DNA of 64,000 nucleotides, taken from the NCBI GenBank assembly GCA_964057225.1, contig OZ059900.1, positions 10,726,001-10,790,000 of the forward strand, read 5' to 3'. This document shows positions 42,601 to 53,447 of the stretch, in pieces (position 1 is the first letter of the stretch; each line of letters starts with the position of its first letter). The position numbers and the translations under genes are program-made. The notes below the pieces were generated by a model. The model was not told the DNA's origin. It searched no databases and saw nothing but the letters and a program-made list of their open reading frames with translations. Source of the stretch: Auanema rhodensis. Taxonomy: Eukaryota > Animalia > Nematoda.

Positions 42601-44924
42601 AAAACCCTGTGATCAGGTGGCCGAGTGGTTAAGGCGATGGACTGCTAATCCATTGGGGTTTCCCCGCGTGAGTTCGAATCTCATCCTGATCGTTAGTTTT
42701 GTTTTTTATGACAACGGATGCTCCATTCAAACTATCATTTTCTAAATAAAGCCAAGCCACCTGATTTAATAGGAAGACTATATTATTCATTTGTTGACGT
42801 TATTTATTCTCACAATAATTTCTTTGTTTATGTAAGAGTATTCTTGGAAAAACCCTGTGATCAGGTGGCCGAGTGGTTAAGGCGATGGACTGCTAATCCA
42901 TTGGGGTTTCCCCGCGTGAGTTCGAATCTCATCCTGATCGTTAGTTTTGTTTTTTATGACAACGGATGCTCCATTCAAACTATCATTTTCTAAATAAAGC
43001 CAATCCACCTGATTTAATAGGAAGACTATATTATTCATTTGTTGACGTTATTTATTCTCACAATAATTTCTTTGTTTATGTAAGAGTATTCTTGGAAAAA
43101 CCCTGTGATCAGGTGGCCGAGTGGTTAAGGCGATGGACTGCTAATCCATTGGGGTTTCCCCGCGTGAGTTCGAATCTCATCCTGATCGTTAGTTTTGTTT
43201 TTTATGACAACGGATGCTCCATTCAAACTATCATTTTCTAAATAAAGCCAAGCCACCTGATTTAATAGGAAGACTTTATTATTCATTTGTTGACGTTATT
43301 TATTCTCACAATAATTTCTTTGTTTAAGTAAGAGTATTCTTGGAAAAACCCTGTGATCAGGTGGCCGAGTGGTTAAGGCGATGGACTGCTAATCCATTGG
43401 GGTTTCCCCGCGTGAGTTCGAATCTCATCCTGATCGTTAGTTTTGTTTTTTATGACAACGGATGCTCCATTCAAACTATCATTTTCTAAATAAAGCCAAG
43501 CCACCTGATTTAATAGGAAGACTATATTATTCATTTGTTGACGTTATTTATTCTCACAATAATTTCTTTGTTAATGTAAGAGTATTCTTGGAAAAACCCT
43601 GTGATCAGGTGGCCGAGTGGTTAAGGCGATGGACTGCTAATCCATTGGGGTTTCCCCGCGTGAGTTCGAATCTCATCCTGATCGTTAGTTTTGTTTTTTA
43701 TGACAACGGATGCTCCATTCAAACTATCATTTTCTAAATAAGGCCAAGCCACCTGATTTAATAGGAAGACTATATTATTCATTTGTTGACGTTATTTATT
43801 CTCACAATAATTTCTTTGTTAATGTAAGAGTATTCTTGGAAAAACCCTGTGATCAGGTGGCCGAGTGGTTAAGGCGATGGACTGCTAATCCATTGGGGTT
43901 TCCCCGCGTGAGTTCGAATCTCATCCTGATCGTTAGTTTTGTTTTTTATGACAACGGATGCTCCATTCAAACTATCATTTTCTAAATAAAGCCAAGCCAC
44001 CTGATTTAATACGTAGACCTTCTTATTTGTTTGCTGACGATATTTGTTGTCACAATAATTTCTTTGTTTAAGTAAGAGTATTCTTGGAAAAACCCTGTGA
44101 TCAGGTGGCCGAGTGGTTAAGGCGATGGACTGCTAATCCATTGGGGTTTCCCCGCGTGAGTTCGAATCTCATCCTGATCGTTAGTTTTGTTTTTTATGAC
44201 AACGGATGCTCCATTCAAACTATCATTTTCTAAATAAAGCCAAGCCACCTGATTTAATAGGAAGACTATATTATTCATTTGTTGACGTTATTTATTCTCA
44301 CAATAATTTCTTTGTTAATGTAAGAGTATTCTTGGAAAAACCCTGTGATCAGGTGGCCGAGTGGTTAAGGCGATGGACTGCTAATCCATTGGGGTTTCCC
44401 CGCGTGAGTTCGAATCTCATCCTGATCGTTAGTTTTGTTTTTTATGACAACGGATGCTCCATTCAAACTATCATTTTCTAAATAAAGCCAAGCCACCTGA
44501 TTTAATACGTAGACCTTCTTATTTGTTTGCTGACGATATTTGTTGTCACAATAATTTCTTTGTTTAAGTAAGAGTATTCTTGGAAAAACCCTGTGATCAG
44601 GTGGCCGAGTGGTTAAGGCGATGGACTGCTAATCCATTGGGGTTTCCCCGCGTGAGTTCGAATCTCATCCTGATCGTTAGTTTTGTTTTTTATGACAACG
44701 GATGCTCCATTCAAACTATCATTTTCTAAATAAAGCCAAGCCACCTGATTTAATAGGAAGACTATATTATTCATTTGTTGACGTTATTTATTCTCACAAT
44801 AATTTCTTTGTTTAAGTAAGAGTATTCTTGGAAAAACCCTGTGATCAGGTGGCCGAGTGGTTAAGGCGATGGACTGCTAATCCATTGGGGTTTCCCCGCG
44901 TGAGTTCGAATCTCATCCTGATCG
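39635..44924 (+). tRNA. 22 tandem tRNA-Ser(GCT) genes, 248-bp period
   Basis: Starts at 39635+248n (n=0-21). The copy at 41371 has a T-stem G>C at 41430. Confidence 0.95.
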
Positions 44925-45516
44925 TTAGTTTTGTTTTTTATGACAACGGATGCTCCATTCAAACTATCATTTTCTAAATAAAGCCAAGCCACCTGATTTA
45001 ATAGGAAGACTTTCTTATTTGTTTGCTGACGATATTTATTCTCACAATAATTTCTTTGTTTAAGTAAGAGTATTCTTGGAAAAACCCTGTGATCAGGTGG
45101 CCGAGTGGTTAAGGCTGTCGGCGAATGCCTGACTAGAAATGAAATACAATAATTTAACCTAGAAACATAACTCTTCTGAAACTCTAAACCATTGTCTAAT
45201 AACCTTGTAATTGTATCATTAACCTCTTGCGCAACATTCTTAAAGGATATTGAACTTTTATCACCTCTATAGTTTACATTGACCTGACCTTTGTATTCAA
45301 ATATCGAATATCACCTTCAAGCTAAATCATATATAAAGCCCAAGAAACCTTCACTCTCACTCTTAATTTAATTCTACCACTGAACTTATACCGATCTTAT
45401 AATAAACCTTTCTCATTTAACTAACTGTTTGGATTCGCCACTAACTCATATTATCCCCATTAACCGGGGAACAACCGAGTATAGACGCTCGTCATTGGGA
45501 ACATTGAAAACCAAAT

Positions 45517-45533
45517 TGGTGCAACTTTCGACC
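45517..45533 (+). promoter_or_regulatory. Probable PBS, tRNA-Gly(GCC), interrupted
   Basis: TGGTGCA-actt-TCGACC versus the complement of the invertebrate tRNA-Gly(GCC) 3' end, TGGTGCATCGACC (recalled). Confidence 0.6.
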
Positions 45534-45546
45534 CGAAAAAGAAAAA

Positions 45547-48500
45547 ATGGACCGTATCGAAACGGTTTTTAATACAAAATTCCAAAGTTTCGTTCAAACT
45601 TTTGAAAAACTAGAGAGCCTTTTGGAAAACAAACAAAGTGAGGAACAATTCTCTCTTTATTCCGACATTAACAACACTCTTGAACAGCTTCGCTTTCACG
45701 AATCCAATTTAGCTACCATAGCTTCACTTCAAATAGACCCTTTTCTTTCGGAATTTAATAATCGTATAAATAATTTAACAAACCAACATGCCGCAACTAT
45801 AGAAAGAGCAAACAAAAAACTGTTTGAGCTCGAAACTAAAGTTGCTGGCGCACACTCAATCCCGGACTCAGACGATGAGACCGAACTAGCACTTACCGCA
45901 CCGCATACAACCCTTTTTACATCACCGCGCATTTCGAAAACGAACATTAGCAAATTACTTTTGAAACCACCTCAACTTTCCATACCCACATTCAATGGAG
46001 ATAACAAAACCTTTCCGACATTTTGGAGACAATTTAAAACGCTCATTCACCAAGACCCTGACCTCAATAATAGGCAAAAAAGCATTTATTTAGCTGAAGC
46101 TCTTAAAGGTTCAGCACGAGTTCATCTTGAAAATAAACCATTAGATGGCACTGCGTATGAACGTATTATATCTACTCTTAAAACCACTTACGCACCAAAA
46201 CTAAAAGTTGATTACCGTATCCATGATGAACTGGTGAAATTACCTCCTGCAAAAAATGACCCCATGTCAGTTAGATCTCGCGTGAATGAAATCAGAGCAC
46301 TTCTTGATCAGCTTGAGACTGATACACTTTATAATTCTGAAGACCCCGCTTGGGTCAAACTTATCACAACTAAATTTCCTATTGATATCATCAATATGCT
46401 CTGTTGGAGATCATCTAGGGCAACCTCTATAAAACAACTACTAAGAAACATTGAGGAAACGGCCGACTCAATGGAAAATTTTTCAATTTATTCTTCTAAA
46501 TCTCCTTTTATCCCGCAATACCATGCTCAAACTAATTCAATTTCTCCCTTGAAACATAACTCACATATTACAACTGTTACGAAAACCGAACGCCCATGCG
46601 TATTTTGTGACCAAAACGGACATCGATCCGCAAAATGTTTAACCATACATAATCCTCAACAGAGGAGAGACATAATAAAACAAAAAAACAGGTGCTGGAT
46701 TTGTTTCAGTCCTACACACACTAGCACTAAGTGTACCTTTGATAAATGTAAAATATGTAATAGAGATCATCACCCATCTCTTTGTCTCCCTCCTGCTTCA
46801 TCAAAATCATCTAATAAAAAAGCAACCATGGGTATCAATTGCTCTATTTCGCAATCAACTCACACTCCACCTTCGCCCGCATATCTTATGACTTCTAAAG
46901 TATCAATTTTTAACCCCCATACAGGTAAGTTCCACACCAAAATATTGTTTTTCGACCCTGGAGCAACTCAAAGCTTCATTTACGAGCCGGCAGCCAAAGA
47001 ATGCCAGCTCAAAACTTTAAATTCCCAATTAATCACAGCAACCGGTTTCTCCGGGAGCTGTGAGGCATTTAATTCTTTAACGGTCGAAGCAAGTTTAAGA
47101 ACTCCATTTGGAAAAAATATCATACTTACGCTCCTCACCTCACCCAAACCTCTCACAGGAAAACTAAAGAGCTGTCAACTTTCTCTAAAAGACAAAGAAG
47201 CTCTAGAACAATCTAATATAACCATTACTAACCAATTGGTGGATGGTGAATTATTCATTCCCGATATTTTGCTAGGTATGGATTGGTGTGATACAATCAT
47301 ACATGATACCAAACCTACTATACTTCCATCGGGATTGAAAGTCAAACATACCCAGATTGGACCCTGTATTTACGGTAAGCAAATACCGAACGATAATATC
47401 GCAGCCATAAATACACTTATTGTTAACCCTGTGATACCAGAAGACGTTATGATTAAACAACTTTTTGAAATAGATAACTTAGGAATTTCTCCACACGAAG
47501 GAGCCTTGAACCGATCGGAGCTATTCTTCAATGAATATACTTCGCTAATAAAATTCGACAAGGGTTTTGTTATGGCTCCCTTACCTCTTAAATCAAACGC
47601 CACAAAAATTCAATCCAATCGAAGCATGGCATTAGCCACTCTAAACAGATTACAGAAATCTCTCAAAGAGGAACATAACCAGCTACAACACTATCATCAA
47701 ACCATTATGCGATATATAGAGGAAGGTGTGGTGGAACAAGTTCCTCTTACTTCAGAGAACTCTTTGCTCTACTACATGCCGCATAGAGGGGTATGGAAGC
47801 CCAACAAGAGCAAACCGCTGAGGGTTGTGTTTAACGCTTCAGCAAAGCAAAAAGGCCAACTCTCATTAAATGATGTTACGGAAACAGGTGAAAGTTTTAA
47901 CAATAAAATCATAGATATTCTGATAGGGATACGGATCAAAAAGTACTTCCTCATGTGCGATATTGAGGGTGCCTTCACCCAAATAAGGATAACTAATGAT
48001 CATAAAGATCTCTGCCGCTTTCTCTGGTTACGCGATCCTCACAAAGGTACCACTCCAGATAACATTTTAGAATTAAGATTTAACCGACTGGCGTTTGGCA
48101 TAACAGCCAGTCCGTCCATACTGAATATGTCACTCTACGCATTCTTGCAAAGCCTAGAGTCGCACTTAGTTCCGGAAACCCTACGGTACCTATATGTGGA
48201 CAATATCTTCTACACGACAAACAGTTCAGAAGATTTACATAGCATATATGAAGAATCTAAGCAGATTTTTTCTCGAATATCTATGAACATAAGAGAGTAT
48301 TATAGCAACTACACCAACTTCAACTCAACCGTACCAGACAAGGATAAACATCCAGATCTGAACCCAAAAATATTAGGCATTAAACATTATTCAGATAAAG
48401 ACATTTTTTCGATAAACTGTCAACTACGCACTCAGAACTCATTCACAAAACGAGATCTACTCAGCAGTCTTCACAGTGTTTACGACCCTTTAGGAGTAGC

Positions 48501-51500
48501 GGCTCCCCTTTTACTGCATTTCAAACTACTACTACGCCAAGTAATGAATGGGTCTATAGACTGGAAAGAACAAGTGCCAAGCGATGTGGTCAATAGCTGG
48601 AATACAGTGAGTAATAAAATAGGAACAGCTACGATTCAGATTCCACGAAAGCTGACAGATACATCAGAATGCCGAGAGATTTGGATATTTGTAGACGCTA
48701 GTGTACTAGCTATTGCTGCATGTGCCTTCTGCACATCACCTACAACACGGAGTCCCCTGGTCATGGGTAAGATTAAATTAGCTCCAAAAAACAGAACATT
48801 GACAATTCCACGTTTGGAAATGTCTGCGATTCTCATGGGTATGAAAATGGCCGAAACCATATACAACAATTTACCAACACATGAGGTCTCCATCAACATC
48901 GCTTCCGACAGCCAGATAGCTTTATCTTGGCTGTTCACTAAAAAGAATATACCTGTGTTCGTAAGCAATTTACGCCAGAATACTGACCAAATTGCAAGAA
49001 AATTAGAGCTAAAAGGAGCCAATATAACGTATCACTACGTGGACACGGATCATAATCCGGCAGACATAGGCACTAGAGGCACCACTGATATTGCCCTTCT
49101 TAAGGACAAATGGCTTTTTTCTCCTGAGTGGCTATTAAATAAGAACGATAGACCAGCAAAGGAATTCAGAGCACCTTTAGAAGAAGAAGAACCTTCAATG
49201 CTTATACTACCAGTCACCACAAACAATCCTGTATTAGACAATCTTTTAGATCCCAGCCGCTTCAGCTCATACTTCAAGTTACGCAGAATCGCTGGATTAG
49301 TTTTAAAAGCCGCACTGTATTTTTTAGGCAAACGCAACAAAACGCCAACATCATATTTATTAAAAGCAGCAACAACAGAATGGCAAGTATCCCAGTTTAT
49401 TAACACAACCGCTGAGATACTGCTTATAAAAGAAGCTCAGACTCATCTTTCAAATTCATATAAAAAACAATTTCGATTAAAACAGGATGGGAATGGACTA
49501 ACCTGCATACAGACTCGGTTCACCAATTCATCACTTCCAACAAAAACTAAGTTTCCATATCTTCTTCCCAAAAAATCTACTTTAGGTAAACTCATTCTTA
49601 TGTTCCTACACAGGACGAATGGTCATGCCGGAGTTAGCCAATTACTGTACCTCTTTATGACAAGGTTCTTCATGACAGCGGCTAGACAAGTATGCAAATC
49701 AATAATAAAAAGATGTGTGCCATGTCAAAAGACTCTAAGTAACCCATTTTCAATAGAATACTTTGCCCCGTTACCGGAGGACAGAGTGACGAGAGCTATG
49801 CCATTTAGACATACAGGCCTTGATTGCATAGGTCCCATAAAATTCAGAAAAAATCAGCATATATACGTTGTGATATTCACCTGCCTTACTATTAGAGCCG
49901 TCCATTTAGAACCAATTAATGACATGAGTTCGAACTCTTTTATCAATGCCTTCATTCGATTTGTAGCGCGGAGAGGTTTACCGCATGTTCTACGATCAGA
50001 CAACGGGGCCAATTTCACTCATGCGGCCAAAATACTTCACACATTAGAGGAACATAGTAGGGAACACCAGACTAATTTTATCAACTATATACAAAATCAC
50101 AATATCACATGGATATTCAACACTCCCAGCGCTCCCTGGACTGGTGGGGTTTGGGAGAGATTAGTTGCTATTACAAAGAATGCACTTGTGAAAACACTAT
50201 CACTTAAGTTAATAGAAAAAGACCAACTAGTTACAGCAATAATTAAAATAGAAGGAATCATGAACTCACGGCCCATCACGTATACAGATTCCGAGAATTT
50301 TCACGAGAATCCACTAACGCCAGCAGATTTTTTAACTCATGGCTCCCCCATACTCATACCAGGTGATAATGTAGACAGTTTAGGTGACAGACTCGACCTA
50401 CCCAACACGATCGCAAGCAACAAACAAGCGTTTGAAAATTTACAGAAAATCGAAATAATAGCCGAAGCATTCTGGAACACATGGTCACACGAATATCTTC
50501 TTACTTTAAGGCATGCACATGCATCAAGGAAAATGGGGCACCATAACTTGCGACACCCATATCACAACGAAATAGTACTTGTAGAAGAGGACCATACAAA
50601 TAGAAACAATTGGAATATGGCTAGGGTAATCGAACTAATTCCTTCTTCAGACAAAGTAGTTCGGACCGCCAAGATAAAAACAGGTAGCGGTAAGATATTG
50701 ACAAAACCAGTAGAGCGATTATACCCTTTAGAACTTTTTGATGAATTCACAGAAACTCAGCGAAAAACCGCACATATTAACCATGCCACCTATTCAACAC
50801 ACCCAAACACAAGGCATACGAATACGAATTTTTTGACTAATATCATGAAATTCTTATTATTAATACAACTATTTTTTGTCGCCACAGCTGAGCCATTATT
50901 CACCTGCTCATACTCTCATATACTATTTCCCGCACAAACAAAACCATCGACATTTTGTATTAATGGGGACTGTCATGATTTACCAGCCAACCAATCAAAA
51001 GATATTCAACTTCAAGTGTCTGTAATTCCAAAAACTACAGCAGTTACTCGCTACGACAAAGATAGGCGGCAAACTCAGATTTGTCATCTCCCCCACCCCT
51101 GCGATTTTCCTCCACCTGCGTTATTGCATATAATAGGCAACCCACATTGTAACCCTTTCTTAGCTATTTTGATAGCTCTTACTCCAATAATAGGCTGCGC
51201 TCTTTTTTGCATTATCGGGGGTCTAATCTATAAAAAATTAAAAACACACCGCCAACAGCACACAATTTCGTACATCCCTTCTCTCTTATTCGCAATCTTT
51301 TATCTCACATGCCAAGCGCAAGCTTGTGGATCCCCCAACGCGCACAAACACATAGAATTCTTTTGCGACGATTTACACAATTGCACAAAAATAACCAACG
51401 AAGAAATTTCATTCAATCCCCTACAAAACTCTCTTTGCTCCTACATAAAATATCAAAACTCCACTATAGGCAAACTAGAAATTCAAATAATTCAGCAAAA

Positions 51501-52836
51501 ATTTTTATGTCAAAAAGTTTCCCAAGGATTTACTCGCATTACTAACCTAACTATCCACTCCTCTCATAGATGCGCCGGTACAACTCACTGCCCATGGGGC
51601 ACCGGATGCGATGATATCCGACAGGATACTTTCGTAGCCGAACTACATTCAGCTTACGAAAATCCTGGAAGAACCTACTGCACCAGAGCCGGAGGAGGCC
51701 TATTCAACAGCTGTGGACTTCCTATAGAAGGATGCATTTTATTTAGGCCAACTTATCAGCCCGAAAACGAAGAAGTATACGAAGAAATTAAATGCATACA
51801 ATGGAAACAGGAAGTGCAAGCAAAATTATTAATCACATACCTCAATAACACTCACCAATACGATATTTTCCTACAACCCTACCGAAAATATGAGTTTCAC
51901 GGAATTTCATTACAGATTTCGTCGGTTACAACAAAAGCAACGACGGAACTATACAACAAAATTTTTCTCACATCTGAGACTAAAAGCTACATGATACCGG
52001 AACAAATAAAACCAGCGGTAATATGCAGCAATGCACGAATCGCAGCAGATAAGTTTAATGCATGCCACATACGAAAGCCTTGCCCATGTTTGGGGGCCGC
52101 AGCGCAGCTCTCTTGCAATTGCGATTCAGCAACACAAAGAGAACTGAAAAAATATAAACTTCCACAAATTAATACAAATTATAGAATCACAAAAGAAGCA
52201 GGAACAATAACTGTTTTATCACAAATGGAAGAATCAACGCTCACAATGGAAAACCCGCAATTTAGCATCGAAAGCTTATATACTAATAGACATCCTTGTT
52301 CTTCAGATTTTCAAATGTTAACAGGATGCTACAAATGCAGAGAAGGAACAACGCTGAATATTACATGTGAAACAAAGGACGAACTGAATGCCATTCTGAA
52401 CTGCGACTCCTTTTCTACTACAATACGATGCTCTGACCAAAATCCCGCCACAACGGTCAAACTATATTTCAATGAACCCAAAGTACAAGAAAACTGTACT
52501 CTGACTTGCGGACGAGCAACAAAACAAATTATACAGCTAAGTACCAGACTACACTACATAAGCGACACTACCATTTTTTCAGAAGAATCGATCAAACTAC
52601 ATAATGGAACATCCGGACTATCATGGAATCTCCCGAATTTGGAACCGCTTTTCGACGTCATCCATGATAATTGGAAATGGATAGTACCTGCCGTAGCTGC
52701 AATCACTGCAGGTTCATACTTATTATACATAGCAGCCCCATTCCTTACATCATTACTTCTTCCTGCTACACTCTCTTATTGCTGTGTGAGAAACTCAAAC
52801 CGCAACCCTCGCCCGGCAATGTCGGCGAATGCCTGA
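45547..52836 (+). CDS. BEL/Pao Gag-PR-RT-RNaseH-IN-Env polyprotein, 2429 aa
   Basis: Three BEL-type Cys/His knuckles (CVFC..H..C, CWIC..H..C, CKIC..HH..C). PR FDPGA, RT YVDN, Pao RNase H FVDAS and TIPRLE, IN GLDC/SDNG/WERL. Then signal MKFLLLIQLFFVATA (50845), a Gn-like segment, a TM, and Gc starting at C (51325) with a C-terminal TM. Confidence 0.94.
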   Translation: MDRIETVFNTKFQSFVQTFEKLESLLENKQSEEQFSLYSDINNTLEQLRFHESNLATIASLQIDPFLSEFNNRINNLTNQHAATIERANKKLFELETKVAGAHSIPDSDDETELALTAPHTTLFTSPRISKTNISKLLLKPPQLSIPTFNGDNKTFPTFWRQFKTLIHQDPDLNNRQKSIYLAEALKGSARVHLENKPLDGTAYERIISTLKTTYAPKLKVDYRIHDELVKLPPAKNDPMSVRSRVNEIRALLDQLETDTLYNSEDPAWVKLITTKFPIDIINMLCWRSSRATSIKQLLRNIEETADSMENFSIYSSKSPFIPQYHAQTNSISPLKHNSHITTVTKTERPCVFCDQNGHRSAKCLTIHNPQQRRDIIKQKNRCWICFSPTHTSTKCTFDKCKICNRDHHPSLCLPPASSKSSNKKATMGINCSISQSTHTPPSPAYLMTSKVSIFNPHTGKFHTKILFFDPGATQSFIYEPAAKECQLKTLNSQLITATGFSGSCEAFNSLTVEASLRTPFGKNIILTLLTSPKPLTGKLKSCQLSLKDKEALEQSNITITNQLVDGELFIPDILLGMDWCDTIIHDTKPTILPSGLKVKHTQIGPCIYGKQIPNDNIAAINTLIVNPVIPEDVMIKQLFEIDNLGISPHEGALNRSELFFNEYTSLIKFDKGFVMAPLPLKSNATKIQSNRSMALATLNRLQKSLKEEHNQLQHYHQTIMRYIEEGVVEQVPLTSENSLLYYMPHRGVWKPNKSKPLRVVFNASAKQKGQLSLNDVTETGESFNNKIIDILIGIRIKKYFLMCDIEGAFTQIRITNDHKDLCRFLWLRDPHKGTTPDNILELRFNRLAFGITASPSILNMSLYAFLQSLESHLVPETLRYLYVDNIFYTTNSSEDLHSIYEESKQIFSRISMNIREYYSNYTNFNSTVPDKDKHPDLNPKILGIKHYSDKDIFSINCQLRTQNSFTKRDLLSSLHSVYDPLGVAAPLLLHFKLLLRQVMNGSIDWKEQVPSDVVNSWNTVSNKIGTATIQIPRKLTDTSECREIWIFVDASVLAIAACAFCTSPTTRSPLVMGKIKLAPKNRTLTIPRLEMSAILMGMKMAETIYNNLPTHEVSINIASDSQIALSWLFTKKNIPVFVSNLRQNTDQIARKLELKGANITYHYVDTDHNPADIGTRGTTDIALLKDKWLFSPEWLLNKNDRPAKEFRAPLEEEEPSMLILPVTTNNPVLDNLLDPSRFSSYFKLRRIAGLVLKAALYFLGKRNKTPTSYLLKAATTEWQVSQFINTTAEILLIKEAQTHLSNSYKKQFRLKQDGNGLTCIQTRFTNSSLPTKTKFPYLLPKKSTLGKLILMFLHRTNGHAGVSQLLYLFMTRFFMTAARQVCKSIIKRCVPCQKTLSNPFSIEYFAPLPEDRVTRAMPFRHTGLDCIGPIKFRKNQHIYVVIFTCLTIRAVHLEPINDMSSNSFINAFIRFVARRGLPHVLRSDNGANFTHAAKILHTLEEHSREHQTNFINYIQNHNITWIFNTPSAPWTGGVWERLVAITKNALVKTLSLKLIEKDQLVTAIIKIEGIMNSRPITYTDSENFHENPLTPADFLTHGSPILIPGDNVDSLGDRLDLPNTIASNKQAFENLQKIEIIAEAFWNTWSHEYLLTLRHAHASRKMGHHNLRHPYHNEIVLVEEDHTNRNNWNMARVIELIPSSDKVVRTAKIKTGSGKILTKPVERLYPLELFDEFTETQRKTAHINHATYSTHPNTRHTNTNFLTNIMKFLLLIQLFFVATAEPLFTCSYSHILFPAQTKPSTFCINGDCHDLPANQSKDIQLQVSVIPKTTAVTRYDKDRRQTQICHLPHPCDFPPPALLHIIGNPHCNPFLAILIALTPIIGCALFCIIGGLIYKKLKTHRQQHTISYIPSLLFAIFYLTCQAQACGSPNAHKHIEFFCDDLHNCTKITNEEISFNPLQNSLCSYIKYQNSTIGKLEIQIIQQKFLCQKVSQGFTRITNLTIHSSHRCAGTTHCPWGTGCDDIRQDTFVAELHSAYENPGRTYCTRAGGGLFNSCGLPIEGCILFRPTYQPENEEVYEEIKCIQWKQEVQAKLLITYLNNTHQYDIFLQPYRKYEFHGISLQISSVTTKATTELYNKIFLTSETKSYMIPEQIKPAVICSNARIAADKFNACHIRKPCPCLGAAAQLSCNCDSATQRELKKYKLPQINTNYRITKEAGTITVLSQMEESTLTMENPQFSIESLYTNRHPCSSDFQMLTGCYKCREGTTLNITCETKDELNAILNCDSFSTTIRCSDQNPATTVKLYFNEPKVQENCTLTCGRATKQIIQLSTRLHYISDTTIFSEESIKLHNGTSGLSWNLPNLEPLFDVIHDNWKWIVPAVAAITAGSYLLYIAAPFLTSLLLPATLSYCCVRNSNRNPRPAMSANA

Positions 52837-53447
52837 CTAGAAATGAAATACAATAATTTAACCTAGAAACATAACTCTTCTGAAACTCTAAACCATTGTC
52901 TAATAACCTTGTAATTGTATCATTAACCTCTTGCGCAACATTCTTAAAGGATATTGAACTTTTATCACCTCTATAGTTTACATTGACCTGACCTTTGTAT
53001 TCAAATATCGAATATCACCTTCAAGCTAAATCATATATAAAGCCCAAGAAACCTTCACTCTCACTCTTAATTTAATTCTACCACTGAACTTATACCGATC
53101 TTATAATAAACCTTTCTCATTTAACTAACTGTTTGGATTCGCCACTAACTCATATTATCCCCATTAACCGGGGAACAACCGAGTATAGACGCTCGTCATT
53201 GGGAACATTGAAAACCAAAAAGGCGATGGACTGCTAATCCATTGGGGTTTCCCCGCGTGAGTTCGAATCTCATCCTGATCGTTAGTTTTGTTTTTTATGA
53301 CAACGGATGCTCCATTCAAACTATCATTTTCTAAATAAAGCCAAGCCACCTGATTTAATAGGAAGACTATATTATTCATTTGTTGACGTTATTTATTCTC
53401 ACAATAATTTCTTTGTTTAAGTAAGAGTATTCTTGGAAAAACCCTGT

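Larger units (their letters stand above)
45116..53219 (+). mobile_element. BEL/Pao (Belpaoviridae) LTR element with phlebovirus-like envelope
   Basis: 400-bp LTRs at 45116-45515 and 52820-53219 that appear identical. TSD AAGGC at 45111-45115 and 53220-53224. TATATAAA at 45330 and AATAAA at 45401. Confidence 0.96.
45091..53281 (+). pseudogene. tRNA-Ser(GCT) split by the BEL/Pao insertion (45091-45115 and 53225-53281)
   Basis: The 5' part ends ...GGTTAAGGC. After the duplicated AAGGC, the 3' part resumes GATGGACTGCT... Confidence 0.93.

Noticed and set aside
39570-45110. CRISPR-like repeat/spacer array
   Set aside because: The spacers are near-identical, the repeat is a tRNA, there are no cas genes and the context is eukaryotic.
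46954-46962. BEL protease DPG as an inactivating mutation
   Set aside because: The catalytic Asp and Gly are retained, and matching LTRs with an intact ORF imply recent mobility. I cannot call it defective.
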